From the IMG/VR virus record IMGVR_UViG_3300018475_000122: DNA of 64,000 bases. One strand, 5' to 3'. Shown in pieces: positions 1 to 8,786 of this stretch; position 1 is the first letter of the stretch; the number at the start of each line of letters is the position of its first letter. Under the pieces are notes generated by a model. It had not been told where the DNA came from, made no database searches, and saw nothing but the letters and a program-made list of their open reading frames with translations. The translations under genes and the position numbers were made by a program. Source of the stretch: an uncultured virus (IMG/VR IMGVR_UViG_3300018475_000122) (lineage: Duplodnaviria; Heunggongvirae; Uroviricota; Caudoviricetes).

Positions 1-243
1 CCTAAGCGTTCCATAAGTTGTAAAGCTGCCATTGTTGTAGAGATCTCTGTTGTAGCTGATACTCCCGTTAGCGTGCTCGTACACACCGGTAATTCTGTCG
101 TAGCTGTAATAATCGCTTACGTGCTGACCTGTGATGCTGAAGGTTTGGTCGATACTGCCAGCACCGCGAGAGGTGCCGAAGCCATCCCCTTCACCACGGC
201 CGTATCCCGAACCGTTGTCGTAGCTATCCTCGCCCACAGCCAT
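1..243 (-). CDS. Glycine-rich small protein, partial (runs off window start)
   Basis: Hand translation from ATG 243: MAVGEDSYDNGSGYGRGEGDGFGTSRG..., open to base 1; same GxGxG motif as neighbours. Confidence 0.6.
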   Translation of the reverse strand, partial: MAVGEDSYDNGSGYGRGEGDGFGTSRGAGSIDQTFSITGQHVSDYYSYDRITGVYEHANGSISYNRDLYNNGSFTTYGTLR

Positions 244-502
244 TGGAATACTCCTCAGCCCCACGCCCTTTGTGCTCACGGGCGAAAAAACTGCTGGTGA
301 AGCGCTTCTTGAGCGCGTCCAGATGCTTCGTTGACGGCGGGATGAGGCGGATGGGTTTGTGTTCCAGCACACGCACGCAGAACACCCTGTTGTCATCCGG
401 GAAGCTGATGCTGCGCATGAGGTCCAGCTCTTCGTCCGTCATGGCGGGGATACCAGTGCTGAAGAGATGCTTGAACGTGTAGAATTCTCTGTGCAGTTCC
501 AT
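224..502 (-). CDS. Hypothetical protein, Gly-rich C-terminus
   Basis: 92 aa, AGGAG RBS, ends SNGCGRG. Confidence 0.65.
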   Translation of the reverse strand: MELHREFYTFKHLFSTGIPAMTDEELDLMRSISFPDDNRVFCVRVLEHKPIRLIPPSTKHLDALKKRFTSSFFAREHKGRGAEEYSNGCGRG

Positions 503-511
503 TGTGTTCTC

Positions 512-772
512 CTATGATTCGTCCCATCCCATACCGGAGGGCATGGTTCCTTGTTCGAGATACACTCGGCCGTCGTTATTATCGACTTCCTCATGTATTC
601 TTGTATCTGAGAATCCGTAGTATTCATCGGATCCGTTGAGCCGACTGTCATCAGCATTGCCGAAGCCTAGTCCACACACTAATCCGAAAAAGTCGAAACC
701 CATGGCTGTCACATCATCTTCGCCGCAAAGTAAGGTCGATGAGAGATGCTCCGGAACTTCTGTGTACGACAT
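512..772 (-). CDS. Small Gly-rich protein
   Basis: 86 aa, GLGFGN and GMG motifs; start overlaps the upstream stop. Confidence 0.65.
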   Translation of the reverse strand: MSYTEVPEHLSSTLLCGEDDVTAMGFDFFGLVCGLGFGNADDSRLNGSDEYYGFSDTRIHEEVDNNDGRVYLEQGTMPSGMGWDES

Positions 773-1038
773 TATATAGTATCCTCCATGTAGCCTGACG
801 GGTTGCAGACATAGAAGAGGCCTCCACCGCGTGCTAGTCTATCCTCTTCCCATCGCAAATCGTCGTTGTTTACCCACTCATGCAGGCTGGCACCACACTT
901 ACGCCCACTACTTTGTATGCTGCCGTCTCCACGTCCCCAGCCATCCGCTCTTTCATCGCTGTCCTCTATACCCTCCGCAAAGAATGCTCGTATCTGCCGA
1001 TGCAAAAGCGCCCTGAGATGCCTGACCACGCTAGTCAT
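772..1038 (-). CDS. Small Gly-rich protein
   Basis: 88 aa, DGWGRGDGS motif; overlaps neighbours. Confidence 0.65.
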   Translation of the reverse strand: MTSVVRHLRALLHRQIRAFFAEGIEDSDERADGWGRGDGSIQSSGRKCGASLHEWVNNDDLRWEEDRLARGGGLFYVCNPSGYMEDTI

Positions 1039-1303
1039 GGCCTACGCCCTCCCCTGCGTCTGTTTCCCGCGTTCCATACGGGAACGGTATGTAGTCCCAG
1101 TGATGCAGGAAAAGATCGTCGTTGAATGGCCTTGGAAGGTCCGCTCCGTTTTCCTCTCCTGCGCTTTCGTATTCTCCTGCGCCTGTTCCATAGCCTGAGC
1201 TGAGGCAGGCCAAACGCTCTGCCCCGCAGTTGTCGATAAGGCTTTCGTGTTCGTCTTCCTCCGGCCTGAGCGCCCTCAGAAACCTCGGTATCTTTTGTGC
1301 CAT
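1031..1303 (-). CDS. Small Gly-rich protein
   Basis: 90 aa, SGYGTGAG and GEGVG motifs. Confidence 0.65.
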   Translation of the reverse strand: MAQKIPRFLRALRPEEDEHESLIDNCGAERLACLSSGYGTGAGEYESAGEENGADLPRPFNDDLFLHHWDYIPFPYGTRETDAGEGVGHD

Positions 1304-1494
1304 TCGTCCCCCAGAGATTCCCCTGAACCGTTACTGAACTGTGCATTGAGGTCGGAAGGTTCGTATTCCGCAAAAAGCAGCTGCCTGTCGGTGTAGATGT
1401 CCATGAGGAAGGACCCGCACCCGTTGTCTTCACCGGCAGACTCAGCGACACCGTTGCCTGTGCCTAAGCCGCTATTGAGAGTACTATCGGCCAT
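1276..1494 (-). CDS. Small Gly-rich protein
   Basis: Likely start MADSTL; SGLGTGNG, NGCGS, NGSG motifs. Confidence 0.55.
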   Translation of the reverse strand: MADSTLNSGLGTGNGVAESAGEDNGCGSFLMDIYTDRQLLFAEYEPSDLNAQFSNGSGESLGDEWHKRYRGF

Positions 1495-1801
1495 ACTGCC
1501 TGCCCAGACCTGTGGCGTATTCCTGAAAGCCGCGCCCCTCGCCGGGGCTTCCGCCATTCTGCTGCTCCAGAGCGTGCAGCGGTGTTTCACCGTATTCAAA
1601 AGGTCTTGTCATGTGTATGCGTTCCCTGCACTCGCCTCTTCCGTCCTTTGTTTCTCTGAGTGCAGAAAAGTAACTAAGAGCCCCCTGCCCGCTTTCGTAG
1701 CCGGAAAGCCGGCTCTTGTAATAAAGCCTGTCCATCAGGTCGCGCATGACGAGGTATTTCATACTAGGTGCCCCCTGCATTATCCTTTCACGTTCGTCCA
1801 T
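1484..1801 (-). CDS. Small Gly-rich protein
   Basis: Likely start MDERER at 1801, coupled to the upstream stop; GEGRGF and GLGR motifs. Confidence 0.6.
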   Translation of the reverse strand: MDERERIMQGAPSMKYLVMRDLMDRLYYKSRLSGYESGQGALSYFSALRETKDGRGECRERIHMTRPFEYGETPLHALEQQNGGSPGEGRGFQEYATGLGRQYGR

Positions 1802-2040
1802 CAGCCTAATCCAGCCCCTGTGGGTTCTCCACCGTAGTCGTGGTTTTCGTAATCCCACATCTGTGAATTGATGCCTACGCCAAAGCCGTTCCCGTCCGGC
1901 TCCCCGTACCCGTCTATGGAATAGTCATGCACAAAGTTTCGTATGGGCATGTCGCCGTTGGTAAGACCTTCCCGGCGTCCTTCGTCACGGTACAGGTTTG
2001 CTATGAGCTGGCGCAGGGCCGGTTTCGCACTCATTATCAT
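1801..2040 (-). CDS. Small Gly-rich protein
   Basis: DGYGEPDGNGFGVG motif, ends GAGLG; ATGA overlap with the upstream ORF. Confidence 0.6.
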   Translation of the reverse strand: MIMSAKPALRQLIANLYRDEGRREGLTNGDMPIRNFVHDYSIDGYGEPDGNGFGVGINSQMWDYENHDYGGEPTGAGLG

Positions 2041-2321
2041 TCCCATCGGTCTCCTCTCAGGTATCGGCATGCTTCCGCAAAATCGTTTCTCCCGCCGGAG
2101 CCGTCGGCACATCCATGGTCGTCGGAAAGCGTGCCGTCATGGAGCCACCACGGCGCTAGGGAATGCCCGCGCGCAGACTCGAAGAAGCAGATCAGGTCTT
2201 CCGGCGGCCTGAGCATACTGTGGCTTCCGCAGATATTGCCCTCGCAGGTGATGTCTTCGTCGAAACGCATGGCCAGTTCGTAGATGCCGAGCTGTATGCT
2301 GCGTTCGTTGAACATAGGCAT
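2037..2321 (-). CDS. Small Gly-rich protein
   Basis: Start MPMFNER with GGAGG RBS; HGCADGSGG motif. Confidence 0.6.
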   Translation of the reverse strand: MPMFNERSIQLGIYELAMRFDEDITCEGNICGSHSMLRPPEDLICFFESARGHSLAPWWLHDGTLSDDHGCADGSGGRNDFAEACRYLRGDRWE

Positions 2322-2323
2322 GG

Positions 2324-2533
2324 CTACCTCCCGCTGCCGTCTTCCTTTTCGTCGGCGGTTCCGGTACCGAGGCCGAAGCCTGTTCCGTCCCCGTAACCGC
2401 GCCTCTTTTCCGCGTCCGTTACGTAGTTGGAACGCCCGCGAATGAGCCCGCACGTGTAATTACTGGCTTTGAAAGCCTGAGACGCGGCCAGATACTTGCC
2501 CCGCCCTTCCTTGGGTATCCAGTATTCAGACAT
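2324..2533 (-). CDS. Small Gly-rich protein
   Basis: 69 aa, GYGDGTGFGLGTG motif. Confidence 0.7.
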   Translation of the reverse strand: MSEYWIPKEGRGKYLAASQAFKASNYTCGLIRGRSNYVTDAEKRRGYGDGTGFGLGTGTADEKEDGSGR

Positions 2534-2535
2534 GG

Positions 2536-2766
2536 TCAGCTCCCTGATCCGTTAGCCGCGCCAGCGGTTACGGAAGTTTCTCTGTTGTCCGGCGGTTCCT
2601 CTAACATGAGGCCCCAGCCGCAACCACTGCCATTTTCATTGCCGCAGCCGGAAGACTGACAGTGATAACCCCCACCTTCAGTATTCTTCTCCTGCATGAA
2701 GGTCCTTCCTATGGCATTGAAGGTGATTCCACGCCGGTACAGGTAAAGAATGGTATCCCTTGACAT
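2536..2766 (-). CDS. Small Gly-rich protein
   Basis: 76 aa, SGCGNENGSGCGWG motif. Confidence 0.7.
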   Translation of the reverse strand: MSRDTILYLYRRGITFNAIGRTFMQEKNTEGGGYHCQSSGCGNENGSGCGWGLMLEEPPDNRETSVTAGAANGSGS

Positions 2767-3003
2767 CTACCCGCACCCTCCTCCACGACTTTCAAACGGG
2801 TGTTCTCCACGCGGCCGTGAATTAGGGCAGTCGCCCTCCCCTGAGCCGTTTATCCAGCCCGCGCCTGTGTACTGCTGTTGTATGGATGGGCCCGGGCCTT
2901 CACCGTTGCTGAGGCCGAACTTATGTCTCACTGAATGCAGCTGTAGGTAGACTGCAGAGAGGCCCTTTTTCCTGTACTCAAAGTATTGGTCCTGTATGTT
3001 CAT
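2767..3003 (-). CDS. Small Gly-rich protein
   Basis: 78 aa, GAGWINGSGEGD, ends GGGCG. Confidence 0.7.
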   Translation of the reverse strand: MNIQDQYFEYRKKGLSAVYLQLHSVRHKFGLSNGEGPGPSIQQQYTGAGWINGSGEGDCPNSRPRGEHPFESRGGGCG

Positions 3004-3245
3004 CTTCCTCCTCCGTCTATGTAGCCACTGCCGTTGCCAAAGGGTGAACTCTCAAAGATGGGTGTTGTGCGCCCACGGCCATCAGTGCCCTCTATCGCAC
3101 CTCCGATAAGTTCCTCCCTAGCCGACGCATCAAAAGAGTTTCCGGTAAAATACTCACCGCTTGATGATTGCTCCATGTTTCGGAAGACGACACCGATGAG
3201 ACCCTTACCAATCAGTTCCGAATAACCCGTCAGGTTCCAAAACAT
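3000..3245 (-). CDS. Small Gly-rich protein
   Basis: 81 aa, FGNGSGYIDGGGR. Confidence 0.65.
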   Translation of the reverse strand: MFWNLTGYSELIGKGLIGVVFRNMEQSSSGEYFTGNSFDASAREELIGGAIEGTDGRGRTTPIFESSPFGNGSGYIDGGGR

Positions 3246-3450
3246 CGATCATACCCTTTCCGTTTTCAAACCCGCTTTCCACGTCGCACGGTCCATCGCC
3301 TTCAACACTGCCGCTTTCGGTATCGGCAAGGCAGGAGCCGTTTATCGCTCCGCGGGTCCTGGTTATGCCCTCGTACCTAAGAACGGCCCCGACGAGCCCG
3401 CAGCGCGACAGATAGGAGGGGTTTTCTTCCCGTTGGTATTCCATCACCAT
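3205..3450 (-). CDS. Small Gly-rich protein
   Basis: Likely start MVMEYQ; EGDG and SGFENGKG motifs. Confidence 0.55.
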   Translation of the reverse strand: MVMEYQREENPSYLSRCGLVGAVLRYEGITRTRGAINGSCLADTESGSVEGDGPCDVESGFENGKGMIDVLEPDGLFGTDW

Positions 3451-3644
3451 CCCGAACCGTCCCCCTTCTGCTGAGTGTCTTTGGGGTAGACCTCGTTGTA
3501 GTGGTCGTCGCCGATACCAAACCCGGTGTCGTCCCCAAGGCTGTCTTCGTTCGACAGTTTTTCGACTATCTCCTCCACATTCAGTCTTGAACGGAGGATG
3601 ACGTAGGGGTTCAACGGGTGTAGTTCTCTGAAATCTCTTGGCAT
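3444..3644 (-). CDS. Small Gly-rich protein
   Basis: Likely start MPRDFR; GDDTGFGIG, ends GDGSGW. Confidence 0.6.
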   Translation of the reverse strand: MPRDFRELHPLNPYVILRSRLNVEEIVEKLSNEDSLGDDTGFGIGDDHYNEVYPKDTQQKGDGSGW

Positions 3645-3697
3645 AAAAATCAGATGGGCGGAGCCCGTGCACCGCAGTGCACGAGCCCCACACCTTG

Positions 3698-4042
3698 TTA
3701 TTCGGCTACGGCCACTTCGGCGCCGCCGATGGATTCGATAGCTTCGGGAGAGCAGGGCAGGATCTCGATGGGGCAGAGCCACACGTAGGGCACGGCTTCG
3801 CAGATCTTGGAGCTTTCACGCTTGATGCCATGGATGGATACAGGGCTGAGGGAGATGGACTCAGCAGCCCACCAGCGCCACATGCGGCGTGCTTCACGCA
3901 GGATGACCTCGCGGCCGCTCTTGGAATCGAAGATGCCGAACCAGACGCCGGCGTCGTGCGTGCGGACGATGACGTAACGGTCGAGGAAGCGGTCGCAGAG
4001 CCATTCGGGGTTGTTCTGGGTGTAGGAATTGGCTTCAGGCAT
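3698..4042 (-). CDS. DUF6948-like phage protein
   Basis: YVIVRTxxAGVWFG...V.L.EARR.W.W...SLS.V...G..IE..PC pattern; AAGGAG RBS. Confidence 0.7.
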   Translation of the reverse strand: MPEANSYTQNNPEWLCDRFLDRYVIVRTHDAGVWFGIFDSKSGREVILREARRMWRWWAAESISLSPVSIHGIKRESSKICEAVPYVWLCPIEILPCSPEAIESIGGAEVAVAE

Positions 4043-4052
4043 GGTAGTCTCC

Positions 4053-4562
4053 TTAGTGTTCGATAATGGTTTGTTTCATGGAGGTTCCGGGAATCCACAC
4101 GAAGCGGATGGCTCTTTCCACGTTATAGCCCTGCCTTGTGCTCTCGTCTTTGAGCATGGCGTAGATGGCTTTGTAGATGCCCTTGAGTGCGAGGGAATTG
4201 CACTTGTAGGCACCTGTTATGTGATTGATGATAAGCTGCGAATCACAGCACACAGTAAGAGTATTGCCGCGCCGAAGCAGACCTGCAGAGCGAGCATACG
4301 ACAGTGCCGTGAACATTGTTGAGGCCTCAGCAATGTTATTGGTAGGGGACTCATGCTTCTTCTCCGACACGATGTCGAACTTATGTTCGAAGTGATACGG
4401 TTCGCGTTCGTGCAGTTTTTCGTGCAGTTCTTCGTTCACATGCAGGAATTCCTGCTCTTCCTCTGCCTTGTAGACGGCGAAGCTGCCGAACATTTTGGCC
4501 TTGCCGTACTGGCCATTGTTCGGGCAGCCGCCGTCGCAGTAGATCAGGAAATGGGCGCCCAC
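4053..4562 (-). CDS. Ribonuclease HI-like protein
   Basis: IYCDGG, TNNIAE, CDSQLII and WIPG motifs; GTG start at 4562 overlaps the end of the E1 gene. Confidence 0.75.
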   Translation of the reverse strand: MGAHFLIYCDGGCPNNGQYGKAKMFGSFAVYKAEEEQEFLHVNEELHEKLHEREPYHFEHKFDIVSEKKHESPTNNIAEASTMFTALSYARSAGLLRRGNTLTVCCDSQLIINHITGAYKCNSLALKGIYKAIYAMLKDESTRQGYNVERAIRFVWIPGTSMKQTIIEH

Positions 4563-6349
4563 AGATCGATCCTCACGGAGACGCGCACGGTCTCGCCGGT
4601 TTCGACATCGCGCAGGACGTTGAAGTGGCTGGTGTGTTCTTCCCAGCGCATGGGATTGTCGAAGCCCTCGTTGGAAAGGTCCACAAGGCCGCCTATTTCG
4701 GCAGGAACACGCACCACGGCAGTTTCTTCGGGCTGTTCTTCCGCGCGTTCCCATTCATGGAGGTTCTGCGGAGGATCGCACGGTTCGAAGTTGTTCGGGG
4801 CGATGTTGCTGCGCGCGCAGAGGAAGGCGACTATTTCCGCGCCGCTCGTGATCACGATCTTCTCACCGGAGCGGGTGACCTGGATGAGTTCCAGCCTTCC
4901 GGGATTGTCGGGGCTTTGAGCGAGGCAGAAGCGGTCGTCATGATCCTTGCAGTACATCCATGCCCCGAGGCCCAGTTCCTGGAGTTTGCTGAGCATGGTA
5001 TCGCCAAGGAAGTAGCCGTGCTCGACGAAGAGCAGGTAGTTGGGAGGGTACTGTACGATGCGGTTGTGCGCGATGTCGTAGCAGAAGTAGAGGCCCTCGA
5101 ACTTCCACACGGGGTACACGTCCGTGGTGCAGGTATCGCTCTTGAAGCGGACGCCGAGCATCATGGTGTAGTCTTCACTGCGGCTGCGCACGTTCCACAT
5201 CGTTCCGATGGAACTGCCGTACTGGTTGCGGAACTGCTGGGTGAGCACTTCGTCTGCCGTGAAGCGGATGTTCTGCGCTTCCTTCAGGCGTTCCTGCAGC
5301 TTGTATTCCTTGCGGCTTGCGGAGATGAACTCGAAGTCGCGTGCCGAGAAGATGGTGCGCCACAGGAACTGCAGGGGAGCTTCGGCATTCTGCCGGGCTT
5401 CCCAGTTTTCGAAGTAGTTCACCAGCCGTTCTTCGTTGCTGAAGACCTGCGAGGCCTTGGTGAGGAACCAGTGCAGGTACGCACCCGTGAAGGAGGCCAC
5501 CTGCGCGCCGGTGTAGCAGATGGCGCGTTCGGTACAGGCTTCCTGCACGGCATCTTCTGGATTGAAGCACGCTTCGTCCACGTAGTTGAGGACGTAGTAC
5601 TTGAGGTCGCCGCTGATGCCGCTGTCTTCCCGCTCGTAGGCGCTGTAGATGGCGCGCACGGGCATGGCGTAGCAGGTCCAGTCGCCAAGGCTCATGCGGT
5701 AGTCCAGCCACAGCTTGGGCAGCTGATGGCCGCGCAGGGAATGCACGAAGAGGGAGCTTTCGTCCACGCGGTCGTCAGGATGCACGCCTTCCGGTATTTC
5801 CAGCCCGAACATGGACTGGATGAAGCTGTTGCGGAACTCCGCACTGTCGGTACAGCCGATGACGATGTCCGGCGTACAGCCCATGGCGTCGATCATTTCC
5901 TTGTAGGTCATGATGCGCTTCTGGTGCGTGTGCAGGTTCACGCCGCGGTAGAACAGCCCTGCGCGGCGAACGGCTTCCACCTTGGGAAGGTCGAGGTCCA
6001 TGATGCTGTGAGCCTGAGGACCGATGTTCTCGATGCCCACGGTATCGTCGTCGAAGATGTGGATATTGCGGAAGCCCATGCCCATAAGCACGCGCCACTG
6101 CCAGTTGCCAAGACCGCCTGCGCCAACGATGGCCACCGTGGTGGACCGCACCAGATTGAGCGGCAGTGCGGTGGAGAAGCGCACGTCGCCCTGGCTCATG
6201 TCGAAGGTAGGGTCTTCCATCATGCGGACGGCTTCGCCGCGCACGTGGTGGTTGATGAAGGTTTCGTAGGCCTGAGCGAAGGTCTGTTCTTCACTCACGC
6301 CCTGCACAGGTTCCTGTTCCATGATGAGGTCGTCGAAGATGTCGCTCAT
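4544..6349 (-). CDS. E1/ThiF-family adenylyltransferase with long C-terminal extension
   Basis: AIVGAGGLG nucleotide-binding loop, DDDTVGIENIGPQ, PKVEA, GCTDS; candidate catalytic Cys in QEACTE. Confidence 0.85.
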   Translation of the reverse strand: MSDIFDDLIMEQEPVQGVSEEQTFAQAYETFINHHVRGEAVRMMEDPTFDMSQGDVRFSTALPLNLVRSTTVAIVGAGGLGNWQWRVLMGMGFRNIHIFDDDTVGIENIGPQAHSIMDLDLPKVEAVRRAGLFYRGVNLHTHQKRIMTYKEMIDAMGCTPDIVIGCTDSAEFRNSFIQSMFGLEIPEGVHPDDRVDESSLFVHSLRGHQLPKLWLDYRMSLGDWTCYAMPVRAIYSAYEREDSGISGDLKYYVLNYVDEACFNPEDAVQEACTERAICYTGAQVASFTGAYLHWFLTKASQVFSNEERLVNYFENWEARQNAEAPLQFLWRTIFSARDFEFISASRKEYKLQERLKEAQNIRFTADEVLTQQFRNQYGSSIGTMWNVRSRSEDYTMMLGVRFKSDTCTTDVYPVWKFEGLYFCYDIAHNRIVQYPPNYLLFVEHGYFLGDTMLSKLQELGLGAWMYCKDHDDRFCLAQSPDNPGRLELIQVTRSGEKIVITSGAEIVAFLCARSNIAPNNFEPCDPPQNLHEWERAEEQPEETAVVRVPAEIGGLVDLSNEGFDNPMRWEEHTSHFNVLRDVETGETVRVSVRIDLWAPIS

Positions 6350-7794
6350 GCGCCTACTGCCTCCTGTTCGGCGTCATTGATGAAGAAGTTGTCGCTGTAC
6401 TGGCTGAGGTCCAGCGCGAAGGCGTTGAGGAAGTCCTTGAGCGCGAGGGGATCCGTGGGGAATCCTTCGCTGAGCAGGATGTCCGTCATGTCTTCACCGA
6501 TGGGGATGACGGTTTTGTGTTCGAGGCGGTAGCCGATCTCGTTGATGTCGTCATCGAAGACTTCCGACAGCACGACGGCGTTGTTGGCCACGAAGAGCTG
6601 ACCGTTGATGTACGCGCCCAGCGTTTTTGCCAGTTCAGACACGTTGGTTTCGTCGATGCCATGCATGTTGCGGATGCACTCCGAGTAGAGGAGCGGCATG
6701 ACTTCGCGGATGGCGATCTTTTCCACAGGCGAAGGCGTTACCTCGCGTGCCACTACGCCGCAGGCGAAGGCGTGCACTTCCTCATCAGTGATGTAGCGGT
6801 CACCGAAGAGGTTGTCCTCTCCCTTCAGGCAGCCGCGCAGAGTTTCGAAGGCATGGTTGTAGGTGTACTGCTTGGTGTTGGGCGTGGTGACGGTGGTGGT
6901 AGCGGGCTTTGCGGCGGACTGGGAAGGAGTCCATTCGCCGGTCTGCGGGTCCCAGTAGCCGCTGGGCCTGTGGAAGCCGGTACCGTAGAAGTCGCTCCAG
7001 TTGGAGTCTCCGTAGCCCGTGTTCTTTCCAAACTGCGTACCGTAGCTCAGGCGGCCGCCGCGGTTGTACTGGCCGTACTGGCCGTACTGGCCATACTGGT
7101 AGGCCGAGACCGCAGGAGCAGGCCGCGTCATGGCGGCGCCTGCTATCTTGTCCAGCTCTTCCTTGCGGGCCTTGGTGAGTTCCTGCGCGTATTCGGGGCA
7201 GGAGTAGAGCACGCAGGTAGCGCCGTCCACACGGTGCAGCACGGGCTTGTAGCCAACGTAGGAGAACTTGATGTCCCCTTTGGCGTTGACCACCACGAAG
7301 AGGCGGTAATCATCGTGGAAGCCCAGCTCTTCTCTGGAAAACTGCTCCGTGTCGTCGGTCTTCGACCAGAACACCCCGAACTGCGCGTGGCTGTGCAGGT
7401 GGGCGATGTTCTTGTGCAGGCCGTTTTCACGGAAGTAGTCCATGTTCTTCAGCTCGTTGAAGTAGCGTTCGCAGTCTTCGGCATCCATGACCACTTCGGC
7501 GGCGGAGATGCGCTGCTTGGGCATGAAGAAGTCGAAGGCGAGCCAGTGGGGATGGAGCGCGGAAAGGCGCTTGATGGTGAGGAACACCGCGAGCTCGGTG
7601 TTCTTATGCTGTTCCACGAGGTAGCGGATCTCGCGGTACAGAGTGCCGGTGAAGGCCAGCACCGGAGTTTTGGGATCCTTGAGGATCTCGCCCATGGTCT
7701 TGCGGGAGTCGGGGGAAGCGAGCAGCTGTACCGGAGTATCTTCGGTAAAGAGCTCGATGTCGAAGTCCGGTGTTCTCATCTGAGGAAGAATCAT
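6346..7794 (-). CDS. JAB/JAMM (MPN+) metallopeptidase with low-complexity linker and C-terminal domain
   Basis: HLHSHAQFGVFWSKTD fits HxH-x7-S-x2-D; upstream Glu in TELAVF; YGQ repeats in the linker. Confidence 0.85.
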   Translation of the reverse strand: MILPQMRTPDFDIELFTEDTPVQLLASPDSRKTMGEILKDPKTPVLAFTGTLYREIRYLVEQHKNTELAVFLTIKRLSALHPHWLAFDFFMPKQRISAAEVVMDAEDCERYFNELKNMDYFRENGLHKNIAHLHSHAQFGVFWSKTDDTEQFSREELGFHDDYRLFVVVNAKGDIKFSYVGYKPVLHRVDGATCVLYSCPEYAQELTKARKEELDKIAGAAMTRPAPAVSAYQYGQYGQYGQYNRGGRLSYGTQFGKNTGYGDSNWSDFYGTGFHRPSGYWDPQTGEWTPSQSAAKPATTTVTTPNTKQYTYNHAFETLRGCLKGEDNLFGDRYITDEEVHAFACGVVAREVTPSPVEKIAIREVMPLLYSECIRNMHGIDETNVSELAKTLGAYINGQLFVANNAVVLSEVFDDDINEIGYRLEHKTVIPIGEDMTDILLSEGFPTDPLALKDFLNAFALDLSQYSDNFFINDAEQEAVGA

Positions 7795-7805
7795 GTGTTC
7801 TCCTT

Positions 7806-8786
7806 TTATTCGATAATTTGTTCGAGGGCTGCGTTGTGGTATTCGTGGCGGCGGGCGTGACGGAGCAGCTTGCTGGGCCCGGCGAAGATGCGTTCACGTA
7901 TGGTTTCGAGCTGCTTCAGGCTCTCGAAACGCGAACGGGACATGTAGTAGGCGATGTCCTGCCTGATGGCGTAGTTGAGGCATTCCTTGCCGCTCGTACA
8001 GCCGTAGCGGGCGTTGGGATGGTGCCTGAGCCAGAGGGCGTAGGCGAAGATGAAGTCGTTGAGGAAGCAGCGGTCGTAGTCGTCGATACCGCCGTTGATG
8101 TTGCACGCGCCCATGTCCACCAGCTTCTGGTGCAGATCCCTGGCTTCGCGCTTCTGGGCCATGGCGAAGAGTTCTTCGGATTCGTCGTGCCAGCCTTCCA
8201 CGATGTCGGGCATGGAAGGACGTTCGCGCGTGAGGCAGGTACCGTACATGTCCGACAGGTTGGTGGTGGTGAACCACAGCATCATGGAATCGAGCATGAA
8301 GATGACCATGTCGCGCGTGATGCGGGGGTTCTCGTACAGGCGCATGAACTCGTTGCTGCCGGTGCAGATGCTGATGAAGCGGCGCCCGTCCAGACGGCAG
8401 TGCGGATGGCCGTAGGTATTGTGTTCGGACGTGACGTCCGGCTTGTGGTTGGTGAACTTTGCCGCGAAGCTGTGCAGCGGGAAGGTGGTGTAGATGTACT
8501 GGGAGTCTTCGTCCCAGCGTTCGGTGTAGAAGCTGATGGGCGTGCGCATGGTTTTAAGGTTGATGCACCCGTCGCCGCTTCTGGTGAGTTCCATGGAAGG
8601 CCAGCGCTCCATGAGGCCCCTGATGTCGTTCTCGTTCAGGAAGCATCTGGTGGTCTGGCTGTAGGCATTGATCTTCTTGCGAAGAGCGATGAGGTTGGCC
8701 ATGAGGCTGTCGTACTGGGCGGTGAGACTGGTGATGCTTTCGCTCTCGTCCCTGCCCAGAAACCGTTTGTTGAGTTCTCTAAACAT
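7806..8786 (-). CDS. Putative prokaryotic E2-like conjugating enzyme
   Basis: HPHCRLDGRRFISICTG resembles the E2 HP[NH]...ICxG catalytic motif; lies between JAB and Ubl. Confidence 0.6.
   Translation of the reverse strand: MFRELNKRFLGRDESESITSLTAQYDSLMANLIALRKKINAYSQTTRCFLNENDIRGLMERWPSMELTRSGDGCINLKTMRTPISFYTERWDEDSQYIYTTFPLHSFAAKFTNHKPDVTSEHNTYGHPHCRLDGRRFISICTGSNEFMRLYENPRITRDMVIFMLDSMMLWFTTTNLSDMYGTCLTRERPSMPDIVEGWHDESEELFAMAQKREARDLHQKLVDMGACNINGGIDDYDRCFLNDFIFAYALWLRHHPNARYGCTSGKECLNYAIRQDIAYYMSRSRFESLKQLETIRERIFAGPSKLLRHARRHEYHNAALEQIIE

Noticed and set aside
1..4042. Stop-codon reassignment or one decayed long gene explaining the short ORFs
   Set aside because: The ORFs are in different frames with their own RBSs and overlapping stop/start junctions, and long genes elsewhere read normally in the standard code.
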